Program-made: the position numbers and the translations under genes
Assembly: GCF_028641065.1 (NCBI RefSeq)
Contig: NW_026576387.1
Location: 1-64,000, forward strand
DNA length: 64,000 nucleotides
From: Leucoraja erinacea
Lineage: Eukaryota
Direction: 5' to 3'
The notes under the pieces: model-generated
The model's input: the letters and a program-made list of their open reading frames with translations, nothing else
Databases searched by the model: none
Told to the model about the DNA's origin: nothing
Part shown: positions 26,137-38,533 of the stretch, piece after piece
Layout: each line of letters begins with the position of its first letter
Position numbering within the stretch: the stretch's first letter is position 1

Positions 26137-26850
26137 CTAGCGGCAATTTACCTAATGCCAATTAACCTACAAACCCGTACGTATTTATCATGTCGGAGTA
26201 AACCATGGCACGCAGAGAAACCCCACGCGGTCATTAGTAGAACGTGAAAACCGCAAACCTACATTGCCCCTGTCCCACTTAGGAAACCTGAACGGAAGTC
26301 TCTGGAGACTTTGCGCCCCATCCAAAGTTTCCGTGCGGTTCCCGGAGGTTGCAGGTGGTTGCCGGCGGTTGCAGGTGGTTGCCGGAGGTTGCAAGTAGTG
26401 GAAGCAAGTAGGGAGACTGACAAAAACCTATTCTTAAAAATTCTTAAGGGGTTTGACAGGAAGATGCAGGAAGATTATTCCCGATGTTGGGGAAGTCCAG
26501 AAGTCCAGAACTAGGGGTCACACATTTTAAGGATAAGAGGGAAGTATTTTAGGACCGAGATGAGAACATCATTTTTTTACACAGAGAGTGGTGAATTTCC
26601 CAGGTAGAGAGACTGACAAAAAAACCTCCGGGAACCGCACGGAAAATTTGGGTGGGGCGCAAAGTCTCCAGAGGTTTCCGTTCAGGTTTCCTAAGTGGGA
26701 CAGGGGCATCCTAATCTCGGACATTAGGTTTACGGTTTGCACGTTCTGCTAGTGACCGCGTGGGTTTTCTCTGAGTGCCATAGTTCGCTCCCACATCCCA
26801 ACCAAGTGCGGGTTTTCTACGTTAATTGTCCCTCTGTAAATTGCCGCTAG
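26137..26850. repeat. Inverted pair of V-SINE halves (26137-26261 minus; 26725-26850 plus) bracketing the Harbinger-like MITE
   Basis: CTAGCGGCAATTTAC ... GTAAATTGCCGCTAG. Both halves truncate at the same SINE position. Confidence 0.6.
26265..26708. mobile_element. Harbinger-like MITE with nested CR1 fragment, in the IgL J-C intron
   Basis: Same TIRs as 17587-17812. CR1 piece at about 26430-26598. Confidence 0.72.
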
Positions 26851-26885
26851 TGTGTGTAGAGAGTGGGCCAGAGTGTGGGGAAATC

Positions 26886-27289
26886 TAGAATTTAGAAGAT
26901 TGAGGGGGGATCTTATAGAAACTTACAGAATTCTTAAGGGGTTGGACAGGCTAGATGCAGGAAGATTGCTCCCGATGTTGGGGAAGTCCAGGACAAGGGG
27001 TCACACAGTTTAAGGATAAGGGGGAAGTCTTTTGGGACCGAGATGAGAAAATAATTTTTCACACAGAGAGTGGTGAATCTGTGGAATTCTCTGCCACAGA
27101 AGGTAGTTGAGGCCACACAGTTCATTTGCAATATTTAAGATGTGGCCCTTGTGGCTAAAGGGATCAGGGGGGGTGAAGGCAGGTACAGGATACTGAGTTG
27201 GATGATCAGCCATGATCATATTGAATGGCAGTGCAGGCTCGAAGGGCCGAATGGCCTCTACTCCTGCACCTATTTTGTATGTTTCTATG
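26886..27289 (+). mobile_element. CR1-A 3' fragment in the J-C intron
   Basis: A-type 3' end and tail. Confidence 0.88.
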
Positions 27290-27572
27290 AAACTTAGAAC
27301 TAGAGTGAGCGGGTGATTCACGGCCAGGGTCGACGCGGTTCAAAAAAGTAACACTCACAAATTCACGGTCAAACGAATTTCAGAGCTGGAAAATTGTTGA
27401 CAATTGTTGAACTCCTCAATTGTGGCCGCCTGGTCTGGAGGACAACCCGTGTTGCCCCAAAATTTCACCCACGTCTGAGTCGTGGACGGTCGGTGCTAAT
27501 TTCTGTTGTTTCGCGCTGTGGTCAGGGTGTGGGAGTCTCCATCAACTAACAATACCTCCTTTCCCCACACAG

Positions 27573-27901
27573 GTAGCGAGTCTCGGAAGCCCTCGCTTCT
27601 CCTACTCCCTCCCTCCCCGGAGGAAACCGGCTCGGGCACGGCCACCCTCAGCTGCCTGGTGAGCAGCTTTAAGCCGGGCCTGGTGGCTTTGCGCTGGGCC
27701 GTGGACGGCGTGGAGACCGAGAACGGGGTGACCACGGGCGCCGTGTCCCCGGACGCCGGGCAGACGTTCAGGCTGAGCAGTTACCTGCGGGTCCCCGCTG
27801 CCGCCTGGAACAAGGGCTCGAGCTATTCCTGCAGCGTGAGCCACAGCTCGCTGACCTCGCCTCTACGCCACACCGTCTCCGCGTCAGCCTGCCCGCACTG
27901 A
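27573..27901 (+). CDS. Ig light chain constant exon (C1-set), cartilaginous fish type I/sigma-cart-like
   Basis: Pyrimidine-rich acceptor ...ttccccacacag at 27572. Encodes SESRKPSLLLLPPS...ATLSCLVS.F.P...W...SSYL...W.....YSCSVSH...SACPH*, with both domain Cys and a C-terminal Cys for the H-L bond. Resembles the shark type I CL as I recall it. Confidence 0.93.
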
Positions 27902-28186
27902 CGCCTGTCTATTAGCTGTCCCTGTTTAACGCAGTGAGACCCTCACTGGGTCTGCGGCCGCCTTATGCAATGTAACCTGTAGCAACTGCCGCTTCTGGCA
28001 ACAACACGAATATGTAATAATCTCAGAGATCAGCGCGATGATTGTCCGCCTTGCATGCCGAGAGATTCGCTATTGTCTATTTGTCCCTTGTGCCCCGTGT
28101 CCCACTCCCGCTGTGTGTTTAATGGGGGTAGATGCCCCGACAGGCGGCGACCGTGTTGTGAATGGGTCCAGTGTAACACAGCTCTC

Positions 28187-28192
28187 ATTAAA
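28187..28192 (+). terminator. Candidate polyadenylation signal ATTAAA for the IgL gene
   Basis: Poly(A)-type hexamer about 290 bp after the C stop codon and before the next CR1 insertion. Confidence 0.4.
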
Positions 28193-28574
28193 GAACAAAA
28201 AACGCGATGTGTCTCCAATGGTCTCTTATTACTCGGGGCCTCACAATACATTGAGGGCACTGGCGCGAATAATGTGCGGTTCAGAAGCAACCTTATAGAA
28301 ACATAGAAAATAGGTGCAGGAGTTAGCTATTCGGCCCTTCAAGCCTGCACCGCCATTCAATATGAACATGGCTGATCATCCAACACATCCAATTGTATTT
28401 TTATGCATCTACATTACTTTTTTGCATTTTTCATTCATTTGTTCTATATCGCCGTCTATATCTCTCGTTTCTCCTTCTCCCGACTCAGTTTGAATCAAGG
28501 TCTCAACCCGAAATGTCGCCTAATTCTTTGCTCCAGAGATGTTGTCTAGCGCATAGTTACTCCAGCCTTTTGCA

Positions 28575-30598
28575 ACCCATATAACCATATAACAATTACA
28601 GCACGGAAACAGGCCATCTCGGCCCTTCTAGTCCGTGCCGAAAACTTATTCTCACCTAGTCCCATCTACCTGTACTCAGACAATAACCCTCCATTCCTTT
28701 CCCGTCCATATACCTATCCAATTTATTTTTAAATTATAAAATCGAACCTGCCTCCACCACGTCCACTGGAAGCTCATTCCACACAGCTACCACTCTCTGA
28801 GCAAAGAAGTTCCCCCTCAAGTTACCCCTAAACTTCTGTCCCTTAATTCTCAAATCATGTCCTCTTGTTTGAATCTTCCCTACTATCAATAGAAAAAAAC
28901 GTATCCACGTCAACTTTGTATATCCCTCTCATCATTTTAAAGACTTTTGTCAAGTCCCCCCTTAACCTTCTGCGCTCCAAAGAATAAAGACCTAACTTGT
29001 TCAACCTTTCTCTGTAACTTAGGTACTGAAACCCAGGCAACATTCTGGTAAATCTCCTCTGTACTCTCTCTATTTTGTTGACATCCTTCCTCTAATTAGG
29101 CGACCAAAATTGTACACCATACTCCAGATTTGGCCTCACCAATGCCTTGTACAATTTTAACATTACATCCAAACTTCTATACTCAATGCTCTGATTTATA
29201 AAGGCCAGCACACCAAAAGCTTTCTTTACCACCCTATCTACATGAGATTCCACCTTCAGGGAACTATGCGCAGTTATTCCTAGATCCCTCTGTACAACTG
29301 CATTCCTCAATTCGCTACCATTTACCATGTACGTCCTATTTTGATCTGTCCTGCCAAGATGCAGCACCTCACATTTATCAGCATTAAACTCCATCTGCCA
29401 TCTTTCAGCCCATTCTTCCAAAACCCGACAAGTTTATCCTGCTCCCCCCTTTTCCATACCTTTCTATCCTTCCCTTCACCCCTACTAGTCGGAGCCAGAT
29501 CCACAATCTCGCCGCTCTTTGCTCAAATTCTAACTACCAGATCGGAAGTATACTTTTCAAGTCAACTTACTGCGATTCTCGGCGTTCCCTGCATAAAGGT
29601 GTCTTGTTTTTATCTGAATCCATCTACACAATACGTTCCACGTTTCAACATGTCTTTGTCCTATCATTGTTAACACGTTGGGAGTGGAGACATGAAAGCA
29701 CGGAGCTGAACTTATCCGCTCTGCTCCATCAAGACAGCTCCACCCGGTCCGTTCCATCGTGTCGGGGGCGGCATATTGACGTAGCAAACAGAGGTCGGAG
29801 GCAATCCTTGGGCTTCGTGCATTTATAATAATAATAATATATTTTATTGTCATTGCACATAAGCGCAACGAGATTTAGTATACAGCTTCCATCCGATGTC
29901 ATAACTTAAATAACTAATACAATTTAGATGTAGATGTAAAAGCTTTTGGTGTGCTAGCCTTTATTAATCAGAGCATTGAGTATAGAGGTTGGGATGTAAT
30001 GTTAAAATTGTACAAGGCATTGGTGAGGCCAATTCAGGAGGATGGTGTACAATTTTGGTCGCCCCATATAGGAAGGATGTCAACAAAATAGAGAGAGTAC
30101 AGAGGAGATTTACTAGAATGTTGCCTGGGTTTCAACAACTAAGTTACAGAGATAGGTTGAATAAGTTAGGTCTTTATTCTCTGGAGCGCAGAAGGTTAAG
30201 GGGGGACATGATAGAGGTCTTTAAAATGATGAGAGGGATAGACAGAGTTGATGTGGACAGGCTTTTCCCTTTGAGAATAGGGAAGATTCAAACAAGAGGA
30301 CATGACTTCAGAATTAAGGGACAGAAGTTTAGGGGTAACATGAGGGGGAACTTCTTTACTCAGAGAGTGGTAGCGGTGTGGAATGAGCTTCCAGTGGAAG
30401 TGGTGGAGGCAGGTTCGTTGGTATCATTTAAAAATGAATTGGATAGGCATATGGATGAGAAGGGATTGGAGGGTTATGGTATGAGTGCAGGCAGGTGGGA
30501 CTAAGGGAAAAAAAGATGTTCGGCACGGACTTGTAGGGCCGAGATGGCCTGTTTCCGTGCTGTAATTTTTATATGGTTATATGGTTATATGGTTATAT
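28575..30598. mobile_element. CR1-B fragments: 28575-29421(-) and 29938-30598(+)
   Basis: ORFs 29092-29421 and 29989-30504. Confidence 0.88.
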
Positions 30599-30789
30599 CC
30601 CGAGAACATGGTTTGTAAAATAACAGTAAAATAGTCAAAACAGTTCAAACAGACTAAAGTGCAGATGTGTCTGTGGGACGTGACCATCCGAGGGAGACAG
30701 TCCAGGGGGGATGGGGGGCACTCAGCAGCGCCGGTTCAGAGCCGTTATAGCTCTGGGAATGAAGCTGCTTTGAAGGGCGTCTAATCACT

Positions 30790-31250
30790 GGAAGGTAGAC
30801 AAAAATGCTGGAGAAACTCAGCGGGTGCAGCAGCATCTATGGAGCGAAGGAGATAGGTAACACTTCGAGCCGAAACCCTTCTTCAGGCTGATAGGGGGTG
30901 GGGGGAGGCCGGGAGAAGAAATGAAAAAGGAGGAGGAGGAGCCCGAGGGCCGAGGGAGAGATATGAAGGGGAGGAGACAGCAAGGGCTAACAGAATTGGG
31001 AGAATTCAATGTTCATGCCCCCAGGATGCAGACTCCCCAAGCGGAATATGAGGTGCTGACCCTCCAATTTCCGGTGTTGCTCACTCTGGCCATGGAGGAG
31101 ACCCAGGACAGAGAGGTCGGATACAGAATGGGAGGGGGAGTTGAAGTGCTGAGCCACCGGGAGGTCAGGTTGGTTAGTGCGGACCGAGCGGAGGTTTTCA
31201 GCGAAATGATCGCCAAGCCTACGCTTGGTCTCACCGATATAGATCAGCTG
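30790..31250 (-). mobile_element. Penelope-like element 3' fragment: GIY-YIG endonuclease C-terminus plus 3' UTR with hammerhead-like motif
   Basis: Encodes LIYIGETKRRL..HF..H....L.....R...E...I..LG...P.G.N. The UTR has CTGAAGAAGGGTTTCGGCTCGAAG at about 30863-30886(-). Confidence 0.85.
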
Positions 31251-31806
31251 ACACCCCCCCCCCCCCCCCCCCACCCCTCGACTCCATTCAAGGACCCACG
31301 CAGTCGTTCCAGGTGCGACACTTGGTCTATTCACTGTAATTTAGAAGGAGAGGAAGGGGCCCTATAGAAATAAATAATATTCTTAAAGGACAGGCTAGAT
31401 GCAGGAAAATGTTCATGATGTTGGGGGAGTCCAGAACCAGCGGTCACAGTTTACGAATACGGGGTAGAGGCCATTTAAGACAGATGTGGAAAAGCCTTGG
31501 GATACATGACGCTGTAGAATTCTCCGCCAATTCTCTGAAGGCAGTGGAGGCCAATTCACCGGATGTTTTCCAGAGAGAGTGTAGCTATTACGGCTATCCG
31601 GATCAAGGAATCTGGGGAAAAATCAGGAACGGGGTCCTGATTTTAGATAATTAGCCATCAGTCATTTTGCTTCTCAGCATATCCGGAAACGTTATACTGT
31701 CATGTCTGACATATGCTGGCCATTACCCATATTTTCAAATCACCAGAACTTAAACTTACTCTCGATATAAGGACCCAGCCTTTATTCTCGAGGAAGCAGG
31801 GAATAT

Positions 31807-34800
31807 TAACCATATAACCATGTAACAATTACAGCACGGAAACAGGCCATCTCGGCCCTACAAGTCCGCGCCGAACAACTTTTTTTCCCTTAGTCCCACC
31901 TGCCTGCACTCATACCATAACCCTCCATTCCCTTCTCATCCATATGCCTATAAAATTTATTTTTAAATGATACCAATGAACCTGCCTCCACCACTTCCAC
32001 TGGAAGCTCATTCCACACCGCTACCACTATCTGAGTAAAGAAGTTCCCCCTCATATTACCCCTAAACTTCTGTCCCTTAATTCTGAAGTCATGTCCTCTT
32101 GTTTGAATCTTCCCTATTCTCAAAGGGAAAAGCTTGTCCATGTCAACTGTGTCTATCCCTCTCATCATTTTAAAGACCTCTATCAGGTCCCCCCTTAACC
32201 TTCTGCGCTCCAGAGAATAAAGACCTAACTTATTCAACCTATCTCTGTAACTTAGTTGCTGAAACCCAGGCAACATTCTAGTAAATCTCCTCTGTACTCT
32301 CTCTATTTTGTTGACATCCTTCCTATAATTGGGCGACCAAAATTGTACACCATACTCCAGATTAGGTCTCACCAATGCCTTGTACAATTTAACATTACAT
32401 CCCAGCTTCTATACTCAATGCTCTGATTTATAAAGGCTAGCATACCAAAAGCTTTCTTTACCACCCTATCTATATGAGATTCCACCTTCAAGGAACTATT
32501 CTTTCAGCTTCTCATTTGCTGCACACATACGTGTATTTATGCGGTGATCCACAGTAAAGTTAGGGAAGAGTTAAAGACAATGTTACATAGAAAACATAGA
32601 AACATAGAAAATAGGTGCAGGAATTCGAGCCAGCACCGCCATTCATTGTGATCATGGCTGATCGTCCCCAATCAATAACCCGTGCCTGCCTTCTCCCCAT
32701 ATCCCTTGACTCCACTAGGCCCTAGAGCTCTATCTAACTCTCTCTTAAATCCATCCAGTGACTTGGCCTCCACTGCCCTCTGTGGCAGGGAATTCCTCAA
32801 ATTCACAACTCTCTGGGTGAAAAGGTTTTTTCTCGCCACAGTCTTAAATGACCTCCCCTTTATTCAAAGACTGTGTGTGGCCCCTGGTTCTGGACAACAT
32901 CGGGAACATTAGGCCCAACATCGGGAACATTTCTCCTGCATCTAGCTTGTCCAGTCCTTTTATAATTGTATATGTTTCTATAAGATTCCCCCTCATCCTT
33001 CTAAACTCCAGTGAATCCAAGCCTAGTCGTTTCAATCTTTCCTCATATGACAGTCCCGCCATCCCAGGGATCGATCTCGTGAACCAACGCTGCACTGCCT
33101 CAATCACAAGGATGTCCTTTCTCAAATTAGGAGACCAAAACTGTACACAATACTCCAGATGTGGTCTCACCAGAGCCCTGTACAACTGCAGAAGAACCTC
33201 TTTACTCCTATACTGAAATCCTCTTGTTATGACATCGTCGTTGCAGTCCAAATTGAGCAATAGAACAGTTGCATCGCCATTGCTTAAATTTCTACTGTAT
33301 TTGTTCTAATTATCGAGAACGTTTAATTATTTTACCTCTGACAATAGGCTCTTGACTGCCAGTTATCTGTCTTCCGTAGTATGCAGTATACCGCCCAAAG
33401 GGAGGCTTTCGCAAACTATAAGAACAATTTCGTCAGGACACTGCAGGATTAGGGAAAAGGGAAATCTTATACATAATTGGATCGTTTTCGCGGAGGGTCC
33501 AATGCTCAGTGGATATACCATATAATATAACCATATAACAATTACAGCACGGAAACAGGCCATCTCGGCCCTACAAGTCCATGCCGAACAAATGTTTTCC
33601 CCTTAGTCCCACCTGCCTGCACTCGTACCATAACCCTCCATTCCCTTCTCATCCATATGCCTATCCAATTTATTTTTAAATGATACCAATGAACCTGCCT
33701 CCACCACTTCCACTGGGAGCTCATTCCACACCGCCACCACTCTCTGCGTAAAGAAGTTCCCCCTCATATTACCCCTAAACTTCTGTCCCTTAATTCTGAA
33801 GTTATGTCCTCTTGTTTGAATCTTCCCTATCCTCAAAGGGAAAAGCTTGTCCACATCAACTCTGTCTATCCCTCTCATCATTTTAAAGACCTCTATCAGG
33901 TCCCCCCTTAACCTTCTGCGCTCCAGAGAATAAAGACCTAACTTATTCAACCTATCTCTGTAACTTAGTTGTTGAAACCCAGGCAACATTCTAGTAAATC
34001 TCCTCTGTACTGTCTCTATTTTGTTGACATCCTTCCTATAATTTGGCGACCAAAATTGTACCCCATACTCCAGATTTGGTCTCACCAATGCCTTGTACAA
34101 TTTTAACATTACATCCCAGCTTCTATACTCAATGCTCTGATTTATAAAGGCTAGCATACCAAAAGCTTTCTTTACCACCCTATCTATATGAGATTCCACC
34201 TTCAAGGAACTATGCACGGTTATACCCAGATCCCTCTGTTCAACTGTATTCTTCAATTCCCTACCATTTACCATGTACCATATAGACAATAGGTGCAGGA
34301 GTAGAGGCCATTCGGCCCTTCGCGCCTGCTCTGCCATTCAATGTGATCATGGCTGGTCATCCACAATCAGTACCCCGTTTCTGCCTTCTCCCCATATCTA
34401 CAGACGCCGCTATCGTTTAAGAATTCTATCTAACTCTCTCTTGAAAGCATCCGGAGAACCGGCCTCCACCGCCTTCAGAGGCAGACTCACCACTCTCTGT
34501 GTAAAAAAAAGTTTTTCCTCATCTCCGTTCTAAATGGTTACTACTTATTCTTAAACTGTGGTCCCTGGTTCTGGACTCCCCCAACATCCGGAACATGCTT
34601 CCTGCCTCTAGTGTGTCCTAACCTTCAATAATCTTATAGGTTCCAATGTTACCCTATCATCCTTCTACATTCCAGAGTATACAATCCCAAACGCTCCCTT
34701 CTATGTCCTAAACCTCTACAGGTGCAAGGTAGAGAGCATTCTGACTGATTCCATCGTGGCTTCCTTCGGCAACTTGAACGTCCAAGAGCGAAAAAGACTA

Positions 34801-35662
34801 CAAAAGGTTGAGACCACTGCCCAGTCCATCACCGGCTTTAACCTCCCCACAGTCGAAGGGATCATTGCAATAGGGTTTGAGTATAGGAGCAGGGAGGTTC
34901 TACTGCAGTTGTACAGGGTCTCGGTGAGACCACACCTGGAGTATTGCGTACAGTTTTGCTCTCCTAATCTGAGGAAAGACATTCTTGCCATAGAGGGAGT
35001 GCAGAGAAGGTTCACCAGACTGATTCCTGCGATGGCAGGACTTTCATATGAAGAAAGACTGGATAGACTCGGCTTGTACACGCTAAAATTTAGAAGATTG
35101 AGGGGGGATCTTATAGAAACTTACAAAATCCTTAAGGGGTTGGACAGGTTAGATGCAGGAAGATTGTTCCAGATGTTGGGGAAGTCCAGAACAAGGGGTC
35201 ACAGTTTAAGGATATGGGGGAAATCTTTTAGGACCGAGATGAGAAAAACATTTTTCACACAGAGAGTGGTGAATCTCTGGAATTCTCTGCTCCAGAAGGT
35301 AGTTGAGGCCAGTTAATTGGCTATATTTAAGACAGAGTTAGATGTGGCCCTTGGGGCTAAAGGGATCAGGGTGTATGGAGAGAAGGCAGGTACAGGATAC
35401 TGAGTTGGATGATCAGCCATGATCATATTGAATGGCGGTGCAGGCTCGAAGGGCCGAAAGGTCAATCTTCTAAATTCTAGCGAGTACAAGGCAAGTCTAT
35501 CCAGTCTTTCTTCATATGGAAGTCATGACATCCCAGGAATCAGTCTGGTGAACCTTCTCTGTACTCCCTCTATGGCAAGAATGTATTTCCTCAGATTAGG
35601 AGACCAAAACTGTACGCAATACTCCAGGTGTGGTCTCACCAAGACCCTGTACAACTGCAGCA
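31807..35662. mobile_element. CR1 cluster: B(-) 31807-32500, D(-) 32586-33230, B(-) 33515-34279, C(-) 34280-34700, Rex1-like piece about 34715-34862, A(+) 34866-35458, A(-) 35463-35662
   Basis: RT ORFs 31890-32387, 33603-34337 and 34756-35316 (chimeric). Confidence 0.87.
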
Positions 35663-35997
35663 AGTAATAATTTCATTGTCCCTCCCGGGACATTCTTGAC
35701 TCTTGTGGTCCCGCCATCCCGGGAATAGACCTGCCGCTCCCTCAATAACAACATATGACGTTAGTAAACTTATGTGAGTATCGATAGCCAGAATCCGTTT
35801 CCCAGTGTAGAAATGTCAACAACTAGAGGACATATCATTAAGAACCGGAAGAGGGATGTATTTAGCAAATGTGCCGGAGAACGTCTACACACGGTGAGTG
35901 GAGCGCGCTGCCAGGAGTGGAGGTGAAGACAGACACGCTATTGTCTTTCAAATCGCGTTTAGTTGGGCATTTCTACGTGCATGGTATGGTGGAATAT

Positions 35998-36885
35998 AGG
36001 GAGGTTTCACGGCAGTCGGGTCACCACCCATGACCCGTACTGTTGCCACGCTACGCCAACTAGAGTACACGCGATGTACTGCAGGTAGGCACTTACCAGG
36101 GTTTCCAGCGTAGCGGGCCCGTTAAAACCAGCCGAAATTGTCAGTTTTTGCGCAGCAGATAATTATGGAAATCGGGATAAGCGTGGGAGACATTTATCCT
36201 ACTTCAGAATTCCAAAAATGAGGATAAATGACGGTAGATAGAAGCGAGAGCTGAAGGGACAACAACAGCGAACATTGGCCGTTTGCTCACTGCATTTCAT
36301 CAACTAAAACATTATTTGTGGTTTTTCTTGATTCCTGTGGCATCTAAAAAGTTTCAGAAGTGATAAATTTAGCTGTAAAATTTTTGAATCGCCCATGGTT
36401 CTCAAGTGGGTTTTATACATACAAAATGAAAACGCATCTGAAGCAAAATTTACAGCCAGATTTATCACTTCTGAGGCTTTCTAAATACCAAAGGAATCGA
36501 GAAAAAACACAAATAATGCCTTACTGTTGATGAAATGCAGTGAGCAAACGCGATAATTCCCAATATTTTCAATTCCGATATCTGCACGGCCAATGTTTAC
36601 CAAGCACTTTAGCTGTTGTTGTCCCTTCAGCTCTCGCTTGTCTTTACCTTCATTTCGCTTCACGTTTGGAATTCTAAAGTTGGGCACATGTCTCTCACAC
36701 TTACCCCGACTCCCACAATTTTTTACAGCGCAAAAATTCAACATTTTGGCGGGTTTTAACAGGTTGGAAAGTACGCGTTTCTTGCATTAATAACATATCC
36801 CGGAAGTTACGCATGTCCTCCAGATGGATTGAGCGGCTCCGTGCGTCAAGCCCTATGACCCTGTGACCTTACGTGCACACCCCCT
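35998..36885. mobile_element. THAP-bearing fold-back DNA transposon, copy 2
   Basis: Same termini and AT flanks as copy 1. THAP ORF at 36481-36744(-): MLNFCAVKNC...FRIP...RVCSLHF. Confidence 0.78.
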
Positions 36886-36973
36886 ATAGATCATTTGCAG
36901 GAAGAAGAATTCGTTTATTTGGCATAAGGTTAGGCAACAATATCGTGTGTCGATGTGTCGGGTCCTACACTGT

Positions 36974-38468
36974 ATAGAAACATAGACATAGAAACATAGA
37001 ACATAGGTGCAGGAGTAGAGGCCATTCGGCCCTTCGAGCCTGCACCGCCATTCAATATGATCATGGCTGATCATCCAACTCAGTATCCCATCGCTGCCTT
37101 TTCTCGATACCCCCGATCCGTTTAGCCACAAGGGCCACATCAAACTCCCGCTTAAATATAGCCAATGAACTGTGGCCTCAACTACCTTCTGTGGCAGATA
37201 ATTCCACAGATTCACCACTCTCTGTGTGAAAAAAAATGGTTTTCTCATCTCGGTCCTAAAAGATTTCCCTCTTATCCTTAAACTGTGACCCCCTAGTTCT
37301 GGACTTCCCCAACATCGGGAACAATCTTCCTGCATCTAGCCTGCCCAACCCCTTAAGAATTTTGTAAGTTTCTATAAGATCCCCCCTCAATCTTCTAAAT
37401 TCTAGCGAGTACAAGCCGAGTCTATCCAGTCATATAACCATATAACCCCATATAACAATTACAGCACGGAAACAAGCCATCTCGACCCTTCTAGTCCGTG
37501 CCGAACACGTATTCTTCCCTAGTCCCATACACCTGCGTTCAGACCATAACCCTCCATACCTTTCCCGTCCATATAACTATCCAATTTATTTTTAAATGAT
37601 AAATACGAACCTGCCTCCACCACCTTCACTGGAAGCTCATTCCACACAGCCACCACTCTCTGAGTAAAGAAGTTCCCCCTCATGTTACCCCTAAACTTCT
37701 GTCCCTTAATTCTGAGGTCATGTCCCCTTGTTTGAATCTTCCCTATTCTCAAAATGAAAAGCTTGTCCACATCAACTCTGTCTATCCCTCTCATCATTTT
37801 AAAGACCTCTATCAAGTCCCCCCTTAACCTTCTGCGCTCCAGAGAATAAAGACCTAACTTATTCAACCTATCTCTGTAACTTAGTTGTTGAAACCCAGGC
37901 AACATTCTAGTAAATCTCCTCTGTACTCTCTCTATTTTGTTGACATCCGTCCTATAATTAGGCGACCAAAATTGTACACCATACTCCAAAATTGGCCTCA
38001 CCAATGCCTTGTACAATTTTAACATTACATCCCAACTTCTATACTCAATGCTCTGATTTATAAAGGCCAGCACACCAAAAGCTTTCTTTACCACCCTATC
38101 TACATGAGATTCCACTTTCAGGGAACTGTGCACAGTTATTCCCAGATCCCTCTGTTCACCTGCATTCTTCAATTCCCTACCATTTACCATGTACGTCCTA
38201 TTTTGATTTGTCCTGCCAAGATGTAGCACCTCACACTTATCAGCATTAAACTGCATCTGCCATCTTTCAGCCCACTCTTTGGTCTCACCAATGCCTTGTA
38301 CAATTTTAACATTACATCCCTTTCTTCATATGGAAGTCCTGCCATCCCAGGAATCAGTCTGGCGAACCTTCTCTGTACTCCCTCTATGGCAAGAATGTCT
38401 TTCCTCAGATTAGGGGCAAGAATGTCTTTCCTCAGATTAGGGGCAAGAGTGTCTTTCCTCAGATTAGG
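36974..38468 (-). mobile_element. CR1-A and CR1-B fragments directly 3' of GPCR-A
   Basis: ORF 37519-38256, with a 27-bp triplication at about 38388-38468. Confidence 0.88.
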
Positions 38469-38533
38469 ATTTTTTATTATCAAAGGTTTTATAGTCTGAA
38501 ACTGTGAAGAGTACACAACTAATCTACATACCG

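Noticed and set aside
26420-26428. Perfect RSS nonamer ACAAAAACC in the J-C intron (also in the other MITE copies)
   Set aside because: It is part of the Harbinger-like MITE, with no CAC heptamer at 12 or 23 bp spacing.
38388-38468. 27-bp x3 tandem repeat (PNLRKDILA)3; also 39-bp x2 at about 15108-15186 and 19-bp x3 at about 23230-23287
   Set aside because: Local slippage duplications inside CR1 fragments. There are no spacers, so this is not CRISPR-like or a coding repeat.
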